Origin: Candidatus Sumerlaeia bacterium
GTDB lineage: Bacteria; Sumerlaeota; Sumerlaeia; SLMS01
Direction of reading: 5' to 3'
NCBI GenBank assembly: GCA_038208905.1
Contig: JBBQYG010000094.1
Coordinates: 1-15,196 of the forward strand
Length of the DNA stretch: 15,196 bases
The notes below the pieces were generated by a model. The model had not been told where the DNA came from. It did not search any database and was given only the letters and a program-made list of their open reading frames with translations. A program made the translations under genes and the position numbers. Shown here in pieces: positions 1 to 9,759 of this stretch. Each line of letters begins with the position of its first letter. Position 1 is the first letter of the stretch.

Positions 1-1040
1 AGGGCCGCTGTCGGGCCAACCGCAACCGTGAGATCGGTGTCAGAGTTGACCGCTGTTACCGTCAGATACTGCGCATTCCCGCGGAACGCACCCGTGGAGA
101 ACATCAGCACGTCGCCAATCTGGACATCGGCAAGGAAGGTCGTGCCGGTTCCTGTGATCGTCGTGGCGGCAGCGACAGCCACAACAGTTCCGCCCAATTC
201 GCGAACGCCAGTAACGGCGTCAACAAATGCGCTAATGGTTGGGAACGATCCGCCTGGTCCCACCGTGTATGTCCCCGAGCCCGTGAAGCTGGCCGTGTTG
301 GGGTAGTATACGTTGTGGTTGTCAAACGTCGCGATCGCCGTGTTGCCCGGATTGGCCCCCGCGTTCAGCGCGGCGGATGCGGGAACAGACTCGTTGGAGA
401 GGAAGTTGGTGTCGGAGCTGTAGGCGGCGAAGAATTCGATGGGGTTCTCGGGAGAGGACTCGATCGTGGCCCAGGGGATGACGACTTCGCGAATCAGCGT
501 GTCGCTGCTTCCCGTGAAGGCGCCGTCGAAAGCCTTGAATTCAAGGTGGTTAGGGGCGGCCCCGGCGTTCAGCTCGAAAACCACCGTGCCGAAGGTGCCA
601 ACCACCACCGCGAAATCGGGGGCGGAGGAAAGGCTGGACGGCATCACGTCGGTGCCAAAGCCACCAAGGTTGGAGATGACGCGGCGGCTGCCGTCGCCGG
701 AGTCGTCCATGTCGGCGTCGGTGAAGCCACCAGCGCGCGTGTTCAGGTAGATCACGGCGATGTCGTTGATGGCCGCGCCGGGGTCGAGGGCGAGGTACAG
801 GTTGGTGGCGTCATTGGCCATGTAAATCGAATCGCCGGCGAGTACGCCGCCGAATCCGGTTCCACCGCCGGCATAACGCTGGGCGTTGCCGACGCCGTAT
901 TCGTCGACGCCAAGGGCGCCGTCCTTGGTGACGGCGCTTGCCGCGCCGGCAGTGCGGGCGGTGGTCAAGGCCGCAAAGGAGGCGGCAGGCATCGCCGCCA
1001 GGAGCAACAGGGCACTCATTGCTAAGGTGTTTTTCTTCAT
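1..1040 (-). CDS. Secreted/surface protein, 3' end beyond the window edge (at least 346 aa). N-terminal part resembles DOMON/CBM9-like beta-sandwich domains.
   Basis: Not in the ORF track; translated by hand from ATG at 1040 with no stop down to position 1. MKKNTLAMSALLLLAAMPAASFA is a signal peptide, followed by ...KDGALGVDEY...IYMANDATNLYLALD...IREVVIPW...GTYTVGPGGSFPTISAFVDA...ITGTGTTFLADVQIGD. GAGAG lies upstream of the ATG. The domain call is inference. Confidence 0.85.
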   Translation of the reverse strand, partial: MKKNTLAMSALLLLAAMPAASFAALTTARTAGAASAVTKDGALGVDEYGVGNAQRYAGGGTGFGGVLAGDSIYMANDATNLYLALDPGAAINDIAVIYLNTRAGGFTDADMDDSGDGSRRVISNLGGFGTDVMPSSLSSAPDFAVVVGTFGTVVFELNAGAAPNHLEFKAFDGAFTGSSDTLIREVVIPWATIESSPENPIEFFAAYSSDTNFLSNESVPASAALNAGANPGNTAIATFDNHNVYYPNTASFTGSGTYTVGPGGSFPTISAFVDAVTGVRELGGTVVAVAAATTITGTGTTFLADVQIGDVLMFSTGAFRGNAQYLTVTAVNSDTDLTVAVGPTAA

Positions 1041-1087
1041 GCGCAGCTCTCTCGTTAGATTGGGGGAGTGTTGACGGGAGCAGGTTC

Positions 1088-1223
1088 CGCGGTTTCTCAG
1101 GTTCGACGCACCCAAGTTCATCCGGGGCGGGATCCTGACGGGGGGGAGGGCAGTGGCCGGGACCGCTCCACAATGGGAGGAGTATCGGCGGTTTCGGACT
1201 TCATACATCGGGCCTGAACCGCG
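1088..1223. other. Long imperfect stem-loop; candidate structured RNA or 5' leader
   Basis: Nested complementary segments: 1088-1094 with 1217-1223 (CGCGGTT/AACCGCG), 1098-1106 with 1208-1216 (CAGGTTCGA/TCGGGCCTG), 1121-1128 with 1191-1198 (TCCGGGGC/GTTTCGGA). Confidence 0.4.
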
Positions 1224-1248
1224 TCGCGCAGTCAGAGCAGACGGCTGG

Positions 1249-1277
1249 AGTAAAGGGGTTAACCCTCGTTTTGTCAA
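1249..1277 (-). promoter_or_regulatory. Putative sigma70 promoter for the secreted-protein gene
   Basis: Minus strand reads TTGACA (1277-1272), 17 nt, TTTACT (1254-1249). The -35 is perfect; the -10 is 4/6 and lacks the -11 A. The spacer contains the palindrome GGGTTAACCC (1256-1265). Confidence 0.4.
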
Positions 1278-1454
1278 GAGCCTTTCACGCAGATGCCCCT
1301 TTTAGGAACACGCACTTTGGGGCCCGCATTGGATTGTTGGCGCCATTGAACTTATCATCGGTGGCAAGGGCTCTCGCGCGGCGCTCCAGGGAAAGCGTGC
1401 GACGGTTAGAGCGGTTCTCGAAAGTCTTGTCGCGATGGAGGACGCCGTAAAAGA

Positions 1455-1516
1455 GTATCGTGGGCATCTTGCCCGCGTGTTGGGGCGACGGGGCTCGGGC
1501 GAGACGCCCAAGCTAC
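1455..1516. repeat. GTAG-type REP doublet (REPIN-like)
   Basis: GTATCGTGGGCATCTTGCCCGCG (1455-1477) and the reverse complement of 1494-1516 (GTAGCTTGGGCGTCTCGCCCGAG) match at 18/23. Each is internally palindromic (GGGC..GCCC) with a GTAG/GTAT 5' foot; 16-nt spacer. Confidence 0.65.
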
Positions 1517-1562
1517 GTTGGAATACGACAGGACTTTCGGGTGTCACTCTAGAACGACCGGA

Positions 1563-1600
1563 TAAAAACAGAACCGCCCGGATCAATTGTCCGGGCGGCC
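1563..1600 (-). terminator. Intrinsic terminator of the atp operon
   Basis: Minus strand: CCGCCCGGA-CAATTGA-TCCGGGCGG (9-bp stem) followed by TTCTGTTTTT, about 35 nt after the atpC stop. Confidence 0.85.
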
Positions 1601-1632
1601 CACAGATGTTTGATTGATCGAGGCGCGGCCGC

Positions 1633-1908
1633 TTACTCTTCCGCGTCCTCGGCAAGCCCATCCAGCGAGTCCGCCAGGAGGGTGGCGCGGTTGTGGTCCA
1701 TTTCGAAGAAGCCTCCGCCGATCTGGACGCGGATCGTCTGGGTGCCCGTGCGGATATCCACGGGGCCGGCCTTGAGCACGGCGATGATGGCGGCGTGGTT
1801 GGCAAGGACGCCGAAGGAGCCTTCCTCCCCGGGCATGGTCAGGGCCGTCACCGACTTGTCGAAGACGGTGCGCTGCTGGGTGACGATCTGGAGGCGGAAG
1901 TCGGCCAT
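1633..1908 (-). CDS. atpC: F1Fo ATP synthase epsilon subunit (short form, 91 aa)
   Basis: LQIVT...PGEEGSFGVLANHAAIIAVLKAG...IGGGFFEM is the epsilon beta-sandwich; directly follows atpD. Confidence 0.95.
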   Translation of the reverse strand: MADFRLQIVTQQRTVFDKSVTALTMPGEEGSFGVLANHAAIIAVLKAGPVDIRTGTQTIRVQIGGGFFEMDHNRATLLADSLDGLAEDAEE

Positions 1909-1909
1909 G

Positions 1910-3439
<1,530 letters not shown>

Positions 3440-3679
3440 CTATCCCTTGGGGGGCGGGGCGGGGCGTTTTCCGTAAGTGGGCGAATCCTCCGCGACGATG
3501 GCCGACTCACCCCGTTCTTCGACCCTGGCGAGCCACGGTCCGAGGACGGCGTCGTCATAGGCCCGCTTCAGTTGCTTCGCGGCGGCGACTCCCTCTCCGA
3601 GCGCCTGCGACTCGGCGGAAAGTTCGCGCTGAATGCGCTCCTTCATGAGCGCGCCTTCGGGAAGAATCAGACGTTCCAT
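3440..3679 (-). CDS. Small protein (79 aa), putative antitoxin/partner of the PIN protein
   Basis: C-terminal part of track ORF 3440..4090. ATG at 3679 has GGAGG 10 nt upstream and overlaps the end of the PIN gene. Helical-looking sequence MERLILPEGALMKERIQRELSAES...VAEDSPTYG. Function is inferred from position. Confidence 0.65.
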   Translation of the reverse strand: MERLILPEGALMKERIQRELSAESQALGEGVAAAKQLKRAYDDAVLGPWLARVEERGESAIVAEDSPTYGKRPAPPPKG

Positions 3680-4134
3680 GCGCGTGCGACCTCCAATGGG
3701 GAGAGGATCGGCACGGCTGGGTAACCCTTCAAGAGGTTTACGCCGGAGAAGGCCCTCGACTTCGCAAAATGCGCAATATGCTTGAAGTTGAGACTCACGA
3801 GAACGTCTGCCCCGCCGACCGTGGCGCTGGCCACGTGCTCCGCGTCGTTTGCCTGAGACTGCTGAAGGATTCCCGCGGCGAGATACGCGTCGCGCAGGCC
3901 GATCACCTCTTCGGAGAAAGGAACCCTGTCCACGCTCGATGGCGGAACCCCGGCGAGGAATTCGCGGACTTCTGCGGGCGCCGGTGCCAGCTCTCTCAGC
4001 AAGACATCGGAAACGATCAAGCGGGCAAATCCTGACCGCGCCTGTCCCAGGCAGTCGCGGCACGCCGCCGCAAACGGCGAGTCGAGGCACCCTCCGTAGA
4101 CGGACGTGTCGAGATAGAGACAGAGCTTCTTCAT
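3667..4134 (-). CDS. PIN-domain (VapC-like) ribonuclease
   Basis: LYLDTSV (D9), LLRE (E48), NDAEHVASA (D97) and DVLVSLNFKH (N116) form the PIN catalytic pattern; C-terminal ILSPLEV. Confidence 0.9.
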   Translation of the reverse strand: MKKLCLYLDTSVYGGCLDSPFAAACRDCLGQARSGFARLIVSDVLLRELAPAPAEVREFLAGVPPSSVDRVPFSEEVIGLRDAYLAAGILQQSQANDAEHVASATVGGADVLVSLNFKHIAHFAKSRAFSGVNLLKGYPAVPILSPLEVARAWNV

Positions 4135-4147
4135 AGCGCGATTCGCC

Positions 4148-5014
4148 TTACCCCTTAAGCGCTTCCGCGCCGCTGACGATTTCGATGATCTCGGTGGTGA
4201 TGACGGCCTGGCGTGCCTTGTTGAGGCGAAGCGTAAGGCCGCTGGCCAGCTCGTTGCAGTTCTTCGTCGCGTTGTTCATGGCCATCATGCGGGAGGAATG
4301 CTCGCTGGTCATGCTCTCGGCCAGCGTCAGGAAAATCTTGCTCTTGAGGAAGCGCGGGAGGACGACCTCGAACACGCGCTCCGGGGAGGGCTCCAGAATG
4401 TAGTCGACCGGCGTCAGCGCGTCGGTCGCCGACACGCCGAACGCCGCCGGCTCCAGTGGCAGGTAGCGCTCCATCGTCGGCTTGTTGTACACCGTCGAGA
4501 TGAAGTGCGGATAGAGCAGCTCGATCCGCGAATAGCGCCCGTCCAGGAAACCATTCAGCAGCTCGTCGGCGATGGCGTTGGTGAACTCGCCAGTCAGCGT
4601 CGCGTCGGTCATCTCGCGGACGATGCGCGTGGCGAAGTAGCGGCGCAGGTAGTCGCGCCCCTTGCGCCCGATCACGAAGACCTTGAGGCCGGGTTCCGAC
4701 TTCAGCCGTGCGACAGCCAGCTTGAGAATATTTGCATTGAACGCGCCGCACAGCCCGCGGTCGGACGTGAACACCACCAGCAACGGCACCCCGGTCTCGG
4801 ACTTCTGGAACAGCGGGTGCTCTTGGGCCCCCGTGCTGAGCGCGAGGCGGCCCAGCAGCAACTGGATCTTCTCCATGAACGGACGGGAGGCCTTCATGAC
4901 GCCCTCCGTCTTGCGAAGCTTCGCCGCCGACACCATCTCCATGGCGCGCGTGATCTTCTTGGTCATGTTGATCGACTTGATGCGACCGCGCAGGGCTTTC
5001 AGGTTCTCAGGCAT
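4148..5014 (-). CDS. atpG: F1 ATP synthase gamma subunit
   Basis: KKITRAMEMVSAAKLRK, TSDRGLCGAFN, SEHSSRMMAM and NKARQAVITTEIIEIVSGA motifs. Confidence 0.98.
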   Translation of the reverse strand: MPENLKALRGRIKSINMTKKITRAMEMVSAAKLRKTEGVMKASRPFMEKIQLLLGRLALSTGAQEHPLFQKSETGVPLLVVFTSDRGLCGAFNANILKLAVARLKSEPGLKVFVIGRKGRDYLRRYFATRIVREMTDATLTGEFTNAIADELLNGFLDGRYSRIELLYPHFISTVYNKPTMERYLPLEPAAFGVSATDALTPVDYILEPSPERVFEVVLPRFLKSKIFLTLAESMTSEHSSRMMAMNNATKNCNELASGLTLRLNKARQAVITTEIIEIVSGAEALKG

Positions 5015-5036
5015 TGGAGGCTCGCGAGATTTTGGT

Positions 5037-5064
5037 AACCACGGAGTTCACGGAGGGCACGGAG
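5037..5064 (+). repeat. Left inverted repeat of the GxxExxY cassette (3x CACGGAG, 9-nt period)
   Basis: AACCACGGAGTTCACGGAGGGCACGGAG; 26/28 identical to the reverse complement of 5459-5486. Confidence 0.95.
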
Positions 5065-5070
5065 AGTGTC

Positions 5071-5448
5071 TCAGAGAACGAACCGCGAGATGCCATCCTT
5101 AAGGAGTGGTGTGTGAAAATTTACTAGCAAACCAACCTTCAGGCCACTAAGCTTGAGGTAGGAAAGAATCTGGGCATCGAAGAGCGGAATCATCCTCTCG
5201 ACGCACTTCAGTTCGACCAAGACCTTCTCTTCGACGACGAGATCCATCCGATAGCCACAGTCAAGCTTGCAGCCTTTGTACTCGATCGGGAGAGTCTTTT
5301 CCTGACTTGACTTGATGCCCCTCAGCGTCAACTCATGGGCAAGGCAGGTTCTGTACGCCGACTCCAGAAGCCCGGGACCTAGGTGGCGGTGGACTTCGAT
5401 ACCCGCACCGATGATTTCCTCTGTCAGCTTGCTCTCGGTCAGCGCCAT
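5071..5448 (-). CDS. GxxExxY family protein, PD-(D/E)XK nuclease superfamily
   Basis: LGPGLLESAY contains GxxExxY; RMDLVVEEKVLVELK gives the D...ExK catalytic motif; also AQILSYLK (QxxxY) and GLLVNF. GGAGG lies 9 nt upstream of the ATG. Confidence 0.95.
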   Translation of the reverse strand: MALTESKLTEEIIGAGIEVHRHLGPGLLESAYRTCLAHELTLRGIKSSQEKTLPIEYKGCKLDCGYRMDLVVEEKVLVELKCVERMIPLFDAQILSYLKLSGLKVGLLVNFHTPLLKDGISRFVL

Positions 5449-5458
5449 CCTGCCCTGC

Positions 5459-5486
5459 CTCCGTGCTCTCCGTGGACTCCGTGGTT
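5459..5486 (-). repeat. Right inverted repeat of the GxxExxY cassette (3x CACGGAG on the minus strand)
   Basis: Minus strand reads AACCACGGAGTCCACGGAGAGCACGGAG, starting 10 nt after the atpA stop. Confidence 0.95.
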
Positions 5487-5496
5487 GATACTCTTT

Positions 5497-7011
<1,515 letters not shown>

Positions 7012-7066
7012 AGTTCAGGAGGCTCCGAAGCCGAATGTTAGCGGGGCGCCGGCCCCGGTCAGAGTT

Positions 7067-7082
7067 CCCCGCCGCGGCGGGG
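7067..7082. other. GC-rich intergenic palindrome after atpH (possible mRNA stability/processing hairpin)
   Basis: CCCCGCCGCGGCGGGG is a perfect 16-bp palindrome 8 nt after the atpH stop, with no U-tract. Confidence 0.4.
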
Positions 7083-7090
7083 GATGATGA

Positions 7091-7642
7091 TTACACCACC
7101 TGCGTCCGCATGAGCCGCTGGCGCAGCGCCCGGATGCCCGACGACACCGTCCGGTCGATCAGGATATCCCCGCTCAGGAAACGGATGCCGCCAAGGATGG
7201 CGGGATCCACCTTGAAGTCGATGACCAGCTTGGACCCCGTCTGGGCCGAGAGGGCGCTCTCCAGCCGCGCCTTCTCGCCGTCGCCAAGGGCAACCGCCGA
7301 CAGAACCGTGGCCTGGGTGATGCCCAGGTGCTTGCGATACCGCGCGCGGAAGGCTGCCACCGCGGGCTCGTAAACCTCGATGCGGCCACGGCGGACAAGC
7401 AGGCGCACGAAATTGCCCAGGAGGGGGTGAACCCGCCCCCCGAACGCCTTCATGTAAACCTGTTCCTTCACTTCGCGCGGGATGTTGGGCGACTGCATGA
7501 GGGCCGTGAAATTGGGCTGCTTCGCGGTGATCTCGCTCAGCGCGGCCATCTGCGCCGCCACGTCGTCCAGGACGCCCTGCTTCAGCGCGGCCTGAAAGAG
7601 CGCCTCGCTGTAGGAGGCTACGAGGGCGGGATCGACTCTCAT
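7091..7642 (-). CDS. atpH: F1 ATP synthase delta subunit
   Basis: YSEALFQAA, NFVRLLVRRGRI and KVDPAILGG motifs; ATGA overlap with atpF. Confidence 0.96.
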   Translation of the reverse strand: MRVDPALVASYSEALFQAALKQGVLDDVAAQMAALSEITAKQPNFTALMQSPNIPREVKEQVYMKAFGGRVHPLLGNFVRLLVRRGRIEVYEPAVAAFRARYRKHLGITQATVLSAVALGDGEKARLESALSAQTGSKLVIDFKVDPAILGGIRFLSGDILIDRTVSSGIRALRQRLMRTQVV

Positions 7643-8160
7643 GACGCCTTCCGGCTTTCGAGCTCGGTGATGAACGACACCACGAGATCGCGGTGCCCCT
7701 GATCGTCGAGTTGCTTCTGGATGAGCTTCTCCGTGGCCGAGATGGTGATGCGCACCATGTCGTCGCGCAGCTGGATACGGGTCTTGTCGAGTTCCAGCTT
7801 GATGTCCGAGCTGGCCTTGGCGCGCAGGTCGTCCGCCTGGCGGCGGGAGTCCTCCACGATCTCGGCCCCGATGCGCTTGCCTTCGTCGATCGCCTTGTTC
7901 AGGCGCTCGCGCGCCTCCTGGTCGATCTGGCGCAGCCGCTCCTCATAGTCCTTGATGCGGGAATCGAGGCCGGCCTGCTTCTTCTCGAGGCTGTCGAACT
8001 CCTTGGCGATCGTCTCGCGACGCTCGTCGATGAGCTTGAGGATCGGCTTCCAAGCCACCGCATGGAGAACATACACCGTGATCGAGAACGCGATAATGAT
8101 CGTTACGATCTGGGCGGTCAGCTCGCCGGCGGCGGCACCGAGGAGGATATTTGGCGACAT
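7639..8160 (-). CDS. atpF: Fo subunit b
   Basis: One N-terminal transmembrane segment, AWKPILKLIDERRETI, then a long charged coiled coil; lies between atpE and atpH. Confidence 0.96.
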   Translation of the reverse strand: MSPNILLGAAAGELTAQIVTIIIAFSITVYVLHAVAWKPILKLIDERRETIAKEFDSLEKKQAGLDSRIKDYEERLRQIDQEARERLNKAIDEGKRIGAEIVEDSRRQADDLRAKASSDIKLELDKTRIQLRDDMVRITISATEKLIQKQLDDQGHRDLVVSFITELESRKAS

Positions 8161-8253
8161 ACGCGCAGGTCCTTTGGGAAAGGGAACTCATATCACCGAT
8201 GGGCCGACGACTTGGCCGGACCACCCTTCGTGCGACGGCGCGGACGGACTCTC

Positions 8254-8496
8254 TTAGAAGAGGCCGGCCGGCTTGACGAGGAACACAGAGATCAGCGCGT
8301 AGATCGCGAGGGCCTCGATGAACGCCGAGCCGATGATCATGGCGAGCTGAATCTTGGGGATCGCTTCGGGCTGGCGGCCCATCGCTTCCATGGCCGAGCC
8401 GACCGCGCGACCGATGCCGAGAGCGGCGCCAAAAGCCGCAAGGCCAAGACCAATGGGGTAGGCAAAGCCGAGGGCAGCCTGTGCAGTTTCCAACAT
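8254..8496 (-). CDS. atpE: Fo subunit c (probably H+-coupled)
   Basis: GLGLAAFGAALGIG glycine zipper, GRQPEA loop and IEALAIY carboxylate; AGGAGG RBS. Lacks the Q...EST Na+-binding signature. Confidence 0.97.
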   Translation of the reverse strand: MLETAQAALGFAYPIGLGLAAFGAALGIGRAVGSAMEAMGRQPEAIPKIQLAMIIGSAFIEALAIYALISVFLVKPAGLF

Positions 8497-8592
8497 GTAA
8501 CCGGACCTCCTGGTGATTTTCCCCGTGGCGTCGCCACCGGGTTGATTTCAAACCGCGCCGGGCAGACCCGGGTCGCGGAGCGGACCCAATTG

Positions 8593-9759
8593 TTAGTGCG
8601 GCACCGGCTCGCTCACCACGGCCTTGTGGTGACCGTGGCCGTGGCCATGATCGTCGTGATGGTCGCCGTGCTCATGATCGTGATCATGCGGCAGGACCAT
8701 CAGGATGTAGATACAGGAAAGGAGCGAGAAAACCAGCGCCTGGATCGTGGAGAGCAGCAGACCCAGCGCGTAGAACGGAATCGTGAGCGGGATGCCGACG
8801 AAGTGCGAAGCGGGCTCGCTGACCGCGGCGACCAGCAGGATGCCCAAGCTCAGGAACACGCCGAACAGGATGTCCTTGCCGAGGATGTTGCCGAAGAGAC
8901 GCAGCGCAAGCGAGAGCGGCTTGGCGACGAAATCGGAGATCAACTCAAGCAGCAGGAACAGCGGCGAGAGCGCCCAACCGATCAGATCCTTGGGGCTCCC
9001 CATCAAGTGGTGCATGTAAGTGAGCGGCCCGAGCCGGACCCACGCCGTGGCCTGAACCACGAAGAACGTACACAGCGCGAGGCTGAACGTCACCAGCAGC
9101 GAGGACGTGGGCGGCTTCATCAGCGGCACCATGCCCATCAAATTGCTGACCAGAATCAGCAGGAACATCGTGCCAATATAGGGGAGGTAGAAGCGACCGT
9201 TCTTCTCGCCCAGCACGCCCTTGCAGAAATCGTCCAGCCCGCCGATGATCAACTCGGCGACGGTCTGGGTGCGGGTGGGGCGCTTCATCGCAGTGAGGCG
9301 GTCGCGCCGAAGGCTGCCGGTAAGCACATACATCGACCCGATCAGAAAGGCGATCGACAGCCCCATGAACACGTGGTTTTCCCACGGCGCATAGCCGACC
9401 AGTGGGACTTCCTTGGTCAGTCGTCCTGCATGAAGCGTCTGGAAGAAGGTGGGCGCCTGGCCCTCGACGGCCTTCCACTCGCCTTGCTCGTCCTTGACCA
9501 GCCAGTTCTCCAACACGGAGGGAGCTTCCTGGCCCGGGTGCTTGGAGACGTAGTCGCGGATCAGCGCCTTCTGCTCGAACTTGTACAGCATCTGAAGAAT
9601 ATGGGGGGGCTCTGGCGGGTGGACCAAGTAGCGGCCCAACTCGGGACCGTGGTAATCCCCGGCATGGGCATCATGCCCCTCGCCGTGGGCCGCCGCCGAG
9701 TTTTCGTGACTCTGATCGAGTCCGTGATCCGCCGCCGTTGTCGTGGTTGAATCAGCCAT
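8593..9759 (-). CDS. atpB: Fo subunit a (388 aa, long N-terminal extension, His-rich termini)
   Basis: SNLMGMVP, KPLSLALRLFGNI (essential Arg) and IQALVFSLLS motifs. Start placed at ATG 9759 (GAGG upstream, overlapping the atpI stop) rather than the track's 9837. Confidence 0.95.
   Translation of the reverse strand: MADSTTTTAADHGLDQSHENSAAAHGEGHDAHAGDYHGPELGRYLVHPPEPPHILQMLYKFEQKALIRDYVSKHPGQEAPSVLENWLVKDEQGEWKAVEGQAPTFFQTLHAGRLTKEVPLVGYAPWENHVFMGLSIAFLIGSMYVLTGSLRRDRLTAMKRPTRTQTVAELIIGGLDDFCKGVLGEKNGRFYLPYIGTMFLLILVSNLMGMVPLMKPPTSSLLVTFSLALCTFFVVQATAWVRLGPLTYMHHLMGSPKDLIGWALSPLFLLLELISDFVAKPLSLALRLFGNILGKDILFGVFLSLGILLVAAVSEPASHFVGIPLTIPFYALGLLLSTIQALVFSLLSCIYILMVLPHDHDHEHGDHHDDHGHGHGHHKAVVSEPVPH

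Larger units (their letters stand above)
5037..5486. mobile_element. Putative 450-bp inverted-repeat-flanked GxxExxY cassette inserted between atpA and atpG
   Basis: A single nuclease gene tightly bracketed by 28-bp inverted repeats, with lower GC than its neighbours, splitting two normally adjacent genes. No transposase and no obvious target-site duplication. Mobility is inferred. Confidence 0.55.

Noticed and set aside
1150-1167. Minus-strand GCGGTCCCGGCCACTG resembling part of a cobalamin riboswitch
   Set aside because: The other conserved elements (upstream GGGAA...GGTG..AATCC and the downstream B12 box) are not visible.
3480-4147. 8-bp inverted match GGCGAATC/GATTCGCC around the PIN module
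   Set aside because: Too short, and one copy lies inside the partner ORF; not credible as element ends.
5037-5064. CACGGAG repeats as a CRISPR array
   Set aside because: 7-nt units with 2-nt linkers, no spacers and no cas genes in the window.
8254-8496. Possible Na+-translocating enzyme or N-ATPase
   Set aside because: Subunit c has EAL rather than EST and no Gln ligand; gene order is canonical with a separate delta subunit, unlike N-ATPase operons.
8523-8578. GC-rich hairpins between atpB and atpE
   Set aside because: No U-tract; ordinary intergenic structures expected at this GC content, at most mRNA stability elements.
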